From positions 1 to 64,000 of the IMG/VR virus record IMGVR_UViG_3300045391_000819: 64,000 nt of DNA; one strand, given 5' to 3'. Shown piece by piece: positions 1 through 8,938 of this stretch. The DNA comes from a virus. Numbering within the stretch: the stretch's first letter is position 1; the number at the start of each line of letters is the position of its first letter. The notes below the pieces were generated by a model. The model did not search any database and was not told the DNA's origin. It saw only the letters and a list, made by a program, of their open reading frames with translations. Both the position numbers and the translations under genes were made by a program.

Positions 1-64
1 CGTTGCCACAAATCATATTATCCACTATTAAATACATTTTCTGCTGTTTTGTAAATTTGGACTG

Positions 65-96
65 CAAACATACAACGATTTTCTGAAATAACCAAA
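65..96 (-). promoter_or_regulatory. Bacteroidota sigma-A-type promoter firing leftward out of the window
   Basis: Minus strand TTTG-N20-TATGTTTG (-33/-7 consensus TTTG...TAnnTTTG). Confidence 0.8.
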
Positions 97-110
97 TTTT
101 ATTTGTTAAA

Positions 111-317
111 TTAATCAAAATTAATTATTCTATCCATCGAGATGTTTTTGCAAAGTCTTAGTTTTGATTGCTTTATCCACCACATCTCACCGTTATCCAA
201 CCCTACTAAAAACAGTGTATCATGTTCCTGAGAGTAGTCGAGTATAATAAAGGCGTAACCTTCCATCTTATGTTCTAAGCTATATACTGGTATGGTAGGA
301 TTAAGCTGGAGCATCAT
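111..317 (-). CDS. hypothetical phage protein
   Basis: 68-aa ORF in a tightly overlapped minus-strand run. Confidence 0.7.
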   Translation of the reverse strand: MMLQLNPTIPVYSLEHKMEGYAFIILDYSQEHDTLFLVGLDNGEMWWIKQSKLRLCKNISMDRIINFD

Positions 318-562
318 TTCATTATTCTATAGAAGCCTTTCATTCTACTCCCAACCGTGTCAGGAGGATTGTATCTCAGGTCTTCGGGCACTATCCGACC
401 ACTTCCTACGTTCTTCCATTCAAGATGCCACATAGGGCCATCACTGGTAGTCATATAAACCTTCTTGACTAATTCCCATTCTTCTCTATACAATCTCTCA
501 TAATATCTTTCAATTGTACAGCTAATTAAAAACACACAACAAAGGGCTGCTAGTAGTTTCAT
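314..562 (-). CDS. small lipoprotein (possible o-spanin)
   Basis: MK + hydrophobic stretch + lipobox LISC; 4-bp overlap with upstream gene. Confidence 0.5.
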   Translation of the reverse strand: MKLLAALCCVFLISCTIERYYERLYREEWELVKKVYMTTSDGPMWHLEWKNVGSGRIVPEDLRYNPPDTVGSRMKGFYRIMK

Positions 563-1284
563 AATAGATGTCCCAAAAGTATTAATCCTCCAGCCCCAAT
601 TGCTTTTAACAATATATTAGCTTTCTTAGGAGGCACATATATAATTGAGTTTTGACCCAGTACCTGCATATAGGGTGAGGTATGCAGAACTTTAACTTGA
701 TATTTATTTGGCTTAAATGTTAAAAATTGCCAAACATTTCTTTTCATCTTATCCACTCTGATGTACTGACTATCAAGGAACTCAAGATAGTTTATCCTCA
801 GTCCATCCTTTAAAATATCGGCATCAAATGTCACCCCTTTAAATGAACTGTCTAATTCTATATGCTTAGGAACTTTAATCATGGAATCCCTAACAAATAC
901 TTTAAGATCGTCACAGTCCATCGGTACAAGGAGGGTTGTGTCCGTATACCTGATAAGAGTAGAATCTGGAAGTTTCTGTCTAAGCTTCGCCTGATAAAAG
1001 AACTGTACATCTTTAACTTTTCTTTCATATTTATCCTTTAGGTCAAACTTCTCCTGAGCCAGTTGTTTGATCTGCTCACGCATGTTAGTTGCGATAACGT
1101 TTTGCGTATAGATCGTTTGATCCTTTTTATTTTTAATACTGTCAAGAGTCTGGTTGGCTAGGGTAAGACTATCAATAGTCACTGCAAGCTGCTTATTACG
1201 AGCATCTGCACATCCCTTTTGAAGTACCAAAAACACAACCAGCCCTGCGATTACAAACCATTCCCAACGGAATTTAAATGTCAT
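559..1284 (-). CDS. membrane-anchored coiled-coil protein, spanin candidate
   Basis: N-terminal hydrophobic segment ending QKGC, heptad-like charged region, C-terminal hydrophobic tail ILLKAIGAGGLILLGHLL. Confidence 0.45.
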   Translation of the reverse strand: MTFKFRWEWFVIAGLVVFLVLQKGCADARNKQLAVTIDSLTLANQTLDSIKNKKDQTIYTQNVIATNMREQIKQLAQEKFDLKDKYERKVKDVQFFYQAKLRQKLPDSTLIRYTDTTLLVPMDCDDLKVFVRDSMIKVPKHIELDSSFKGVTFDADILKDGLRINYLEFLDSQYIRVDKMKRNVWQFLTFKPNKYQVKVLHTSPYMQVLGQNSIIYVPPKKANILLKAIGAGGLILLGHLL

Positions 1285-1498
1285 TATATGTTGATTTTAT
1301 TTTCCAAAGTTTCCTAACCCATTTAGGTATTTTTCTTAACTCTTTATTAACTAAATATCTCACCACTTTTGCTTGCTCTTCTGTAGCTATAATCTTACCT
1401 CCTCCAATTCTTTTTTTAAAATCTAACTCCGCTAAGATGATTAGCCTACCTTCATCTACCATCTTCTCTACCTCGACTATGTAAGGATTATTCTCCAT
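1274..1498 (-). CDS. hypothetical protein
   Basis: 74-aa ORF overlapping neighbours. Confidence 0.65.
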   Translation of the reverse strand: MENNPYIVEVEKMVDEGRLIILAELDFKKRIGGGKIIATEEQAKVVRYLVNKELRKIPKWVRKLWKIKSTYNDI

Positions 1499-1757
1499 TT
1501 TTTAAATAATCTTTTTTAAGAAGTCTTAACTGTTCTATTAGTTTTACACGATCAACTACATCTTTTGTATAACTCAGGTTTATTGTAGTTGTCTCTCCAG
1601 ATTCATCAATAACTCTAACTTCATCTAAATCCTTAAGTAAGAGAGTAATGATTTGTTCCTTACAAATGTTAATCATAACATCATAAGGGTTGCCAGTAGT
1701 AATCCTAGCTATCTCATTATCAATTTCAGAATTACTTCTGTTGTCCTGTATTTTCAT
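1488..1757 (-). CDS. hypothetical protein
   Basis: 89-aa ORF overlapping neighbours. Confidence 0.65.
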   Translation of the reverse strand: MKIQDNRSNSEIDNEIARITTGNPYDVMINICKEQIITLLLKDLDEVRVIDESGETTTINLSYTKDVVDRVKLIEQLRLLKKDYLKNGE

Positions 1758-1941
1758 TTTTTAACATTTCAAACATTCTGGTAAAAAATTTTTCATCATC
1801 ATTTTGTAGTGTTAACAATTCAGCCATCTCCGAAGGCGTAAACGGACTAAGATTACCAAAGCAGGCTTTCTTAACATCCTCCCACGTTATCTCACTCTTA
1901 CGTTCAAACAGACTATACGGTATCACTCTTGCTTGGCTCAT
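1732..1941 (-). CDS. hypothetical protein
   Basis: 69-aa ORF overlapping neighbours. Confidence 0.6.
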   Translation of the reverse strand: MSQARVIPYSLFERKSEITWEDVKKACFGNLSPFTPSEMAELLTLQNDDEKFFTRMFEMLKNENTGQQK

Positions 1942-2134
1942 CTTTTTTATTTATTACTACTTTTAATGTTCTCCCCTTCCACTTGTAGTAGAATGTAGAG
2001 GAGGTATCATCCGATACGTCAGGGTTAGCTACAGACTTAGAATAACAATTAAACCCCTGATCTACAGCGGCCCGCCGTGCTAGCTCTTCGTAGTTATCTT
2101 TTGGAAGCGAAGTTGTTATCTGGACTATTTGCAT
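1913..2134 (-). CDS. hypothetical protein, probably leaderless mRNA
   Basis: ATG lies 4 nt downstream of the -7 promoter element. Confidence 0.65.
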   Translation of the reverse strand: MQIVQITTSLPKDNYEELARRAAVDQGFNCYSKSVANPDVSDDTSSTFYYKWKGRTLKVVINKKDEPSKSDTV

Positions 2135-2138
2135 TGTA

Positions 2139-2169
2139 CAAATATACGAAACAAAAATTCCTATTCCAA
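2139..2169 (-). promoter_or_regulatory. Bacteroidota sigma-A-type promoter
   Basis: TTG-N20-TATATTTG on minus strand. Confidence 0.8.
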
Positions 2170-2208
2170 GTGTTTGATGTTAAAGGTTTGTGAAATAAAA
2201 AAGCCCCA

Positions 2209-2640
2209 TTAAAGGGACTCATTTTTTGTTATAAAAAATACAATAATCGTATGGTCACTTCGAATAAATCCTATGGAGTCAAACTTAGAACCATCCGCTT
2301 CGTATCTAACAGCAAAGATACCATTCTCCTTACTATTTTCCATAACAGCGTCATAATAAAAATAAACGTTACCTTCCTCATCTGTATAAGTATTCTTAAA
2401 ATTACCCACTGCAATAGACATTCCGCTAGAATCCTTATTATCAACTTTCTTAATGACTACATGGGTAGGGATAGTATTATGATGGGTAAATGTAATAACA
2501 GATTTTAAATCACCTTGTTCAAATATTCCATCGTGAACACGACCTATTCGGTCAGATTGTAGAACTGAGTCTTTGGTGGCTTGGGCACTCAAGGCGGATA
2601 CTGATAGCAGAAGGGCTAACCCTATTAGGAATTTTTTCAT
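2209..2640 (-). CDS. secreted/periplasmic hypothetical protein
   Basis: Sec signal MKKFLIGLALLLSVSALSAQA. Confidence 0.75.
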   Translation of the reverse strand: MKKFLIGLALLLSVSALSAQATKDSVLQSDRIGRVHDGIFEQGDLKSVITFTHHNTIPTHVVIKKVDNKDSSGMSIAVGNFKNTYTDEEGNVYFYYDAVMENSKENGIFAVRYEADGSKFDSIGFIRSDHTIIVFFITKNESL

Positions 2641-3005
2641 TATTTTTTAATTTTATGTTTACGTTCTGGGGTAGGCTCAAATTCAAAATCACTAGCCGAT
2701 TTAACAGCAGTCCCAAGCATCGCCTGACGAATCCCCTGAAACTCTTCATACCTGATCTTAGCTATAAAGCTAAGCCCGCCTTTAAGGAATATATGAGTAT
2801 GCTCATCATCATGTTCCGAGAACGGACAAGCATCCCTTACATCTATAGTGACTGGAACGTAATCATATTCTTTCTCCTCCTTGTGAGAATTCTCCCACTC
2901 CTCTTCATCAAAATTAGGCAGAAGCCTCAGAGTCTTATACTCCTCACGATCTTCTTTACTTATTTCTTTCTTTCTCTCCCGACGCATCAGAATTTGAAGT
3001 TCCAT
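2640..3005 (-). CDS. hypothetical protein (start moved to MELQILM)
   Basis: Track start at 3122 is a TTG inside a promoter; ATG at 3005 follows an A/T-rich region. Confidence 0.7.
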   Translation of the reverse strand: MELQILMRRERKKEISKEDREEYKTLRLLPNFDEEEWENSHKEEKEYDYVPVTIDVRDACPFSEHDDEHTHIFLKGGLSFIAKIRYEEFQGIRQAMLGTAVKSASDFEFEPTPERKHKIKK

Positions 3006-3020
3006 TGTATGAATGATTTT

Positions 3021-3057
3021 AAAAAGAAGGGAGGCTAACCTGCACGACGAACCTCCC
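3021..3057 (-). terminator. possible intrinsic terminator/attenuator in the leader of the 2640-3005 gene
   Basis: GGGAGG...CCTCCC stem (17-nt loop) followed by TTCTTTTT. Confidence 0.5.
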
Positions 3058-3119
3058 CAAGCTGTGAATGGATCGCCCAATCTCGTTATGGCAGAACATC
3101 CAAGTTCACCAGCGAAAAA

Positions 3120-3151
3120 CAAATATACGAAAAAAAATTGACATCTCCAAA
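3120..3151 (-). promoter_or_regulatory. Bacteroidota sigma-A-type promoter
   Basis: TTTG-N20-TATATTTG on minus strand. Confidence 0.8.
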
Positions 3152-3318
3152 AAAAGAAAACCTAAAATTTTGAAAACCAAAGTATTCTCACCTCTACTAC
3201 CCCAGTTTAAACTTCTCCCCGCCCGCTTCCATAAACCGGCTACCGTCCCCCCTCAAAATTCGCTAAAAGACTCAGGATCAACAACTTATAAATCTTTTAA
3301 AGTTTTTTACCCTCTTAC

Positions 3319-3350
3319 TTGTTTTGACCTATGCCTTTAGCCTATCTTTG
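3319..3350 (+). promoter_or_regulatory. Bacteroidota sigma-A-type promoter (divergent)
   Basis: TTG(3319-21)-N21-TATCTTTG(3343-50). Confidence 0.7.
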
Positions 3351-3354
3351 TACT

Positions 3355-4082
3355 GTCGTCACTGTAAAGCTCCAATGTGAGCAAGGGACGGCCAAACTAC
3401 CTAGTTTTTTACGTTGCCTTGTGTGACGTTTCTAAAGGTAGTAGGATGTCTAACTATGGTGCATTTTTTGCGGTCTTTTGACCAGTTGCCATACTTAGGC
3501 CATAAAGTAGAGGCGAAAATACAGCCTGCCTGCAATGTATTGCAGATTAACGACTACTAAGGGTAAAACCTTAATGTAGCGTAGGGTATAAGATTACGAT
3601 TTTATACTTACAGTAGGACTCTTTAAGTAGGGAGCAGGCCGAATATTGCCCATAAATACCCAAAGGTGGTAGTTTTAGACAGTAGGAAATGACTGTAGTC
3701 CATTTAAATGCGACATAACGGCCTAAGTCTCAATGAGATAAGGTATGGACATGCCACAAGCGAAAGCGAACGGGTTGCATATGCGAAAGCATTCGTAAAA
3801 GAGAGCGCAGATTGAACTCTTTATGCAGTGGGGTTACGACCATGCCAACAGGCCAAGAAAGGACTGGCAATCTATTCTTGAGCTTACAAGGGGACTGTGG
3901 ACACTAGTCAGCCACAAAAGTCTATCCGTTGGTAGAGTGCATTGATTATCAGGTCAATAGCAGCCGTAATGGTGTAGCTACTGGTAACGTGACACTAAGG
4001 ACAAGTGAGGGATATATACATTTGATTATAGCCTGCGAAAGTAGGGAAGGGTGTCTTGACTCTAGTCGAGATGCCCTTTTTT
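3355..4082 (+). ncRNA. candidate large structured non-coding RNA (about 730 nt)
   Basis: No credible ORF; many hairpins with GAAA/UACG loops and G-U pairs; bounded by promoter and terminator. Confidence 0.55.
4047..4082 (+). terminator. intrinsic terminator
   Basis: 14-bp stem AAGGGTGTCTTGAC/GTCGAGATGCCCTT with 3 G-U pairs, 4-nt loop, U tract. Confidence 0.8.
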
Positions 4083-4198
4083 GCATGTCCGTAAACGTGC
4101 GAAGTATGGCATAATGTATACTATTGCCCACTTGACAAAACGGTATAGAGCTGAAAGGGACAAGTAAGCAGGGACTATACAAATAGATAATTACTACT

Positions 4199-4234
4199 AA
4201 GGGTGAGTCAATATTAGTTGGCTTGCCCTTTTTT
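4199..4234 (+). terminator. intrinsic terminator
   Basis: 13-bp stem AAGGGTGAGTCAA/TTGGCTTGCCCTT then U tract. Confidence 0.8.
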
Positions 4235-4374
4235 ATATACTCATAGGGAATCGTATGTAAGATGTTAGTAGGTTGGCTGGCAGTCTGAACAATTGTTAGT
4301 CCTAACTTATTTACTAACGGACTGCACGAACGATATTGGTGCGAAGCCTGCCCTATGAGCTTAACTAATCAGAT

Positions 4375-4581
4375 ATGTTCAACAATTCAAAAACGTTGGC
4401 TGCATGTGTACCATGCCCAATTGATCGTGGTGAGCTATTAAGTGACCGTGATTTTGCCCGTTTAATGATAACTCATACTAGAGGGTATTTAATGCCAGCT
4501 AGTTATGCAACCTTCATTAAGTATTATCCTAAACTTGAAGATGTTGCGAAGTCTATTGTCAATCAATTGAAAGGTTATTAA
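4375..4581 (+). CDS. hypothetical protein
   Basis: 68-aa ORF, first of the plus-strand arm. Confidence 0.55.
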   Translation: MFNNSKTLAACVPCPIDRGELLSDRDFARLMITHTRGYLMPASYATFIKYYPKLEDVAKSIVNQLKGY

Positions 4582-4692
4582 TCAATCACTTATGGCAGAA
4601 CTTGTAAAGAATGCCTTTCTTGGGGCAAACATTACCAGTAAGGAAGCAATATTACTATTGCGGAAATTCTGTAAGATGTCCAAGAAAGAGGC

Positions 4693-4929
4693 ATGGTATT
4701 ATCTTTACCATTAATCTATCTTGTTATGTGTGATGATAAAGAAAGGGTAGAACGTATTAGGCGGGCTACTCAAAAATCTATTGATGACCATGAAAGGATA
4801 TTGGCAAGGATTGAGAAGCAGGCCAGTGATCCTGAGATATGGGCAGAGTCGGGTTATTATCTTCAAAAGGATATAGATGCCGAGCGTTCCTATCTAATGG
4901 TTATGTATCACAAATTGCATTCGCTGTAA
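4693..4929 (+). CDS. hypothetical protein (start may be 4726)
   Basis: ORF track; charged helical product. Confidence 0.55.
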   Translation: MVLSLPLIYLVMCDDKERVERIRRATQKSIDDHERILARIEKQASDPEIWAESGYYLQKDIDAERSYLMVMYHKLHSL

Positions 4930-5351
4930 TATATTGGTATTGAAAACGCTATGCAATGTTTTCCATTTGCGGGCTGGCTAATACCCGTTTGCTTGCATTG
5001 GTTTTGATTGCATCTTTTCTGGTTAGTAAGTAAATAAGGCGGGCATTCCTTAATTGGTTTGCTCGCCTATTTATTTAATCTATTCATCTGTAAATTAACC
5101 AGTTATGCAACATAAACTTGGGTGTCATGCACCTTTAGAGTCATTCTTTGCGTCATTCACTCGCAAACATTTCTGCATATTCAGAGTGGATAAACTTGAG
5201 ACTACATTATGCAGACAATTCTTTGGAACGGACTTTCAAAATTACATTATAATTCTCAATTAATATCATGGAGACAATCGTTCACATCTGTGACGTGAGT
5301 GGGCAGGTAACTACCTGCATTGCTCATGGCCTTGCATAATTAATAGCATAT

Positions 5352-5795
5352 TTGATGCAGGGAGTATTGGGTCAAGTTCGAGCCAGTTTTGATGCCAGCA
5401 AGTCAATTAATCAACTACATATTTTTATGGACATTGGTATTCATTATGAGAGGCAGACTAAAAACTTTGTTAATAAAGGTGAAAAGTCAATCTCATATAA
5501 ACATCGGCTAGGTCATAAGGCAGCCAAGATGAGGCAATCGGTATTTATTACAGGATTGCCCGAACGTATTAATACGAAATGGAAAAAGGAATTGACCAAT
5601 AAGCTAAGGACATGCGATAATGAGTTCAGGCATGACACCAAAGCTATTATTCGTACACCATACGGAAGTTTTCAAATTACGGTTCGTGATATTAGGACAT
5701 TTTCTAATAACATTGCGAATTGCATTCTCTTAACTATTAAGAAACGTGACGGCAGGGATGAAATTGATAATGCCAATCCACGTTCTTTAAAATGA
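5352..5795 (+). CDS. hypothetical protein
   Basis: 147-aa ORF; start uncertain. Confidence 0.6.
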   Translation: MMQGVLGQVRASFDASKSINQLHIFMDIGIHYERQTKNFVNKGEKSISYKHRLGHKAAKMRQSVFITGLPERINTKWKKELTNKLRTCDNEFRHDTKAIIRTPYGSFQITVRDIRTFSNNIANCILLTIKKRDGRDEIDNANPRSLK

Positions 5796-5850
5796 TATAA
5801 GCAGGTGAACGCATATATCCTGCTATTTTTCATCCATTAAATATTTCCAC

Positions 5851-6474
5851 ATGTCACAAGATGGAAAGGCCATAGCTGTGCGGCCTAAGTATGACAGTCA
5901 GAATACTGTTATAGTTACAATGTCACAGAATTTGAGCCGGATTAACAAGGCCGGAGAATTGGTTACGTTCAACGAGCAGCAAACATTCAAAAGCACAACA
6001 ATTCGTGAAGTCAATTCACATAATGTTGCGTTATGGGTTATGACTGTTCTGAGACAGTTCGTAAAACTTGCCAGATTGCAAGGTAAGGATGGTTTTAAGC
6101 TATCTAAACCTATCGTTATGGCGGTTGAAGTTAACGGGCGTAAATTGCACGTTAAGACAACTGGTGAGGAATCAGTATCTTTCAAGTTTACTCTTTCCCT
6201 GAAAAGGATTGAGAATATGCTTGACAAGTATCCTGAATTGTTGAAGGTTGCCTTTGCTCCTACGCCAAACATCGGTGGTATTACTGCGGGTCAGGTACGT
6301 GATTACTTCAATGGAGCTAAGAGTCTTATCTTTGCGAAAGCTAAGAAAGATGAATTGCTTGATGCTCCTATCTCAACTGAAAAGTTTGAGGAAGTTGAAG
6401 TTGTTACTGAAACCAAACCCGAAGTAACTAATCCGTTACTCGATGCTCCGGTTGAAGGTAATGAAAACGCCTAA
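5851..6474 (+). CDS. hypothetical protein, probably highly expressed, acidic C-terminus
   Basis: 207 aa; GCT/GAA/ACT-rich codons; followed by a terminator. Confidence 0.8.
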   Translation: MSQDGKAIAVRPKYDSQNTVIVTMSQNLSRINKAGELVTFNEQQTFKSTTIREVNSHNVALWVMTVLRQFVKLARLQGKDGFKLSKPIVMAVEVNGRKLHVKTTGEESVSFKFTLSLKRIENMLDKYPELLKVAFAPTPNIGGITAGQVRDYFNGAKSLIFAKAKKDELLDAPISTEKFEEVEVVTETKPEVTNPLLDAPVEGNENA

Positions 6475-6498
6475 TCGTTCTAGGCGTGATTGATCGTC

Positions 6499-6531
6499 AA
6501 AGGGTAGCGACGTAGTGTTTGCTACCCTTTT
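6499..6531 (+). terminator. intrinsic terminator
   Basis: AAAGGGTAGC/GCTACCCTTT stem plus U tract. Confidence 0.75.
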
Positions 6532-6669
6532 CAATTTATTTCTAATGAAGAAAGCATATACATATAAAGGTATTAAGCCAATAAAGAAAGAGACAAGCCA
6601 AGCCAAAGGTATATCAATGATTCGCAAGGCTATATATAATGCGAAATTAATAGGTATGGGTTTTCGTTT

Positions 6670-6689
6670 GAGCTAATTTTGATGGCGGC
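6670..6689 (+). promoter_or_regulatory. copy 1 of 20-bp phage-specific motif
   Basis: GAGCTAATTTTGATGGCGGC. Confidence 0.6.
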
Positions 6690-6727
6690 GCATTGGCATT
6701 TCAATTTTATATTTTCAATCCTGTGTT

Positions 6728-6919
6728 ATGGAAAATGAATTTGTGGCTTATGCTGGTCTCATCGTGTCAGTGATGATAAAGAAGAGTGATGATAAGAATG
6801 TGAAGATGTATCTTGCTGATTCAGATAGGATAATCTATTTAGGACGTAGGTATGAGGATTGCGAAGACCTAATTAGGCATGGTTTTCCTTGGTATGTATA
6901 TCGTTTACCACAAAACTAA
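6728..6919 (+). CDS. hypothetical protein
   Basis: 63-aa ORF directly after motif copy 1. Confidence 0.6.
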   Translation: MENEFVAYAGLIVSVMIKKSDDKNVKMYLADSDRIIYLGRRYEDCEDLIRHGFPWYVYRLPQN

Positions 6920-7032
6920 ATACATGAAAAACGAACGTATTGCACTCACAATCATTGCTACTCTGTTTGGTAGCATTGTTATCTTTGCATTTGTTTATGC
7001 AATGTTTCATCCAATCATGTTAAAATAATGTT

Positions 7033-7251
7033 ATGAGCGTAACATTTCGCATTTATGAATCCCATTTTAAGGGATATGCATATAAAGCATGGCGTCATAT
7101 TGACCCACGTGGGGAAGAAAGTTCAAAGAAAGCATTTGAAGAATGGTGGGACAAAGTAAAGGTAGATAATTCAAAGACTTATAAAACGGATACATACGAT
7201 TCGCTTACAAGAATTTCAGAACGAATTAAAAATCAACGCATTACATCCTGA
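7033..7251 (+). CDS. hypothetical protein
   Basis: 72-aa ORF. Confidence 0.6.
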   Translation: MSVTFRIYESHFKGYAYKAWRHIDPRGEESSKKAFEEWWDKVKVDNSKTYKTDTYDSLTRISERIKNQRITS

Positions 7252-7359
7252 TAATCAGGCCATACAATACTGAGTTAATGATGGATGGAAACCTAGTTTG
7301 TGCTAGGTAAGTATTATCGGGATGTGATGCGTAGACTCATCTATAAAAACTTGTCAATA

Positions 7360-7650
7360 ATGAAATTATCAACCATTTTAAGAAAGATTGTATTCTTTCC
7401 ATTAATTGTTTTGGCAGTAATAAATCAAATATTGGGTATTCCAATCATGTTGATTTTAGTTGGGGTCATCGTGCATAAGGTATTGTTATTCATTACAATC
7501 ATTGCGCTTGTTATTACTCTTGATATAATCAGGCACAAATGGTTAATTAAAAATGGTTATGGTATGCCTGTTATAGGTCAATATATGAATAAAAAGAAGA
7601 TACAAGAAATAGAGGATAAGTTAGATGAGCATGAAGAAATGATAAGCTAA
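7360..7650 (+). CDS. membrane protein (start moved to MKLSTIL)
   Basis: Two long hydrophobic segments. Confidence 0.6.
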   Translation: MKLSTILRKIVFFPLIVLAVINQILGIPIMLILVGVIVHKVLLFITIIALVITLDIIRHKWLIKNGYGMPVIGQYMNKKKIQEIEDKLDEHEEMIS

Positions 7651-7666
7651 CATAAATCATTCGTTT

Positions 7667-7870
7667 ATGTGCAAGACCATACATTCTCCAGCAGGTATAA
7701 CCTTCAACCGCAAGTTATTCAAACAACTTAAGAAGGAATATCAACTCGCTATTGCACGACAACAAACCAAATTTATTTTCAAGAAACGTGAATTGGATAT
7801 TAGGTTTGCTATGTATCTTATCGAATATCTTGAGAAATGTTTCAATGAAATTTATCATCGCTATAAATAA
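7667..7870 (+). CDS. hypothetical protein
   Basis: 67-aa ORF. Confidence 0.6.
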   Translation: MCKTIHSPAGITFNRKLFKQLKKEYQLAIARQQTKFIFKKRELDIRFAMYLIEYLEKCFNEIYHRYK

Positions 7871-8156
7871 ATCTATATGGCTGAACGATTATTCTGTGCG
7901 ATATTTTTCACTGCAATCACAACCATATTATGGATTACTCATGTGCCTGAATTGTGTGCAGTTGCAATTGTAACTGGTTGTCTTGCATTTGGTTGTTGGA
8001 TTGCTGTCACTCGTTTACTTGATAAAAAATAGTTTATGACATTAATATCTTTCCCATTACCTGCAATCTTTGCATTGATTGTTGTTCTTGGTATGTTGGT
8101 TCTTGCTGTTGTTGGAGCTATAGAACAAAATAAACATGAGAGCGATCCGTTTGATT

Positions 8157-8176
8157 GAGGCAGTTTGCATGGCGGC
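8157..8176 (+). promoter_or_regulatory. copy 2 of 20-bp motif
   Basis: GAGGCAGTTTGCATGGCGGC. Confidence 0.55.
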
Positions 8177-8209
8177 GTATTAATAAATCTTTAATATATT
8201 TTCGTTCAT

Positions 8210-8533
8210 ATGGACAAGCAATTGATAATTAACGCATTGTCACCGTATCAGCACAAAGCTGTTCACATTGAAAAAGGTTGGGATTTTAAGGTGCAGGGTT
8301 CGCCACTCATTCCTGCTACTGGCGTGACTATGAAGCTCTATTTCAATGGAGAAGTGATTGATATATCATTTCGTCTTGGTGTCTCATCTGTTATTGCTTC
8401 GCTTAAAGGTCTTAAAGCTACTGAATTTATTGTGGAATATATTCATAATAACAGAGTCATTTGCACGCTTGGTTGTAAGAAAGTGCGTGACCATGTTGAA
8501 TCTAAACCTGTTCGTAATCCTGTAATGTTTTAA
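8210..8533 (+). CDS. hypothetical protein
   Basis: 107-aa ORF after motif copy 2. Confidence 0.7.
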   Translation: MDKQLIINALSPYQHKAVHIEKGWDFKVQGSPLIPATGVTMKLYFNGEVIDISFRLGVSSVIASLKGLKATEFIVEYIHNNRVICTLGCKKVRDHVESKPVRNPVMF

Positions 8534-8704
8534 TATGGAAAAGTTTTGCAAGATTTGTCTCTTTCTATCAAAGGTTTTTGTTGTGCTATATTTATTAGCA
8601 TTAATACCGTTGATGTACGGGGCAATTTCATTTAACCTATTTGTGAGCGTGGGAATACTCGCCCTTGCGTTTTGGATTGCTTCACTGTTCGATCAATTTT
8701 AATT

Positions 8705-8938
8705 ATGTTCGTATATCTGCTGAAAAGACAAGTAAATGATTTCGTATATCATGTGCATGAAATAAAGCATGGTGATATTCATTTCATTTGTTCTATTCCA
8801 TTCAAGGCTGGTGCTGGCCTGTCTCATCAATATATTATGGACGAAATGATTAAGCTAGGAAAGATGCCAGCTAAATACAAGGGAATGAAATGGGATAGCC
8901 CTGAAGTACAACGTATTCATGGATTTAAATCTATTTGA
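8705..8938 (+). CDS. hypothetical protein
   Basis: ATG at 8705 preferred to TTG at 8672. Confidence 0.6.
   Translation: MFVYLLKRQVNDFVYHVHEIKHGDIHFICSIPFKAGAGLSHQYIMDEMIKLGKMPAKYKGMKWDSPEVQRIHGFKSI

Noticed and set aside
3070-3110. Fluoride riboswitch resemblance (GTTCTGCCATAAC on the minus strand)
   Set aside because: The conserved GAUG start and the UAAUGAC/UGAUG 3' pseudoknot strand are missing
3546-3700. Group I intron core: TTAACGACTAC (P7-like) could pair with GTAGTC near 3695
   Set aside because: No convincing J8/7 AAGAUA or P3/P4 elements and no interrupted host gene; kept only as something for cmscan to test
3929-4182. Short ORFs on both strands inside the candidate ncRNA
   Set aside because: They overlap each other and the terminator, lack A/T-rich start contexts and have atypical composition
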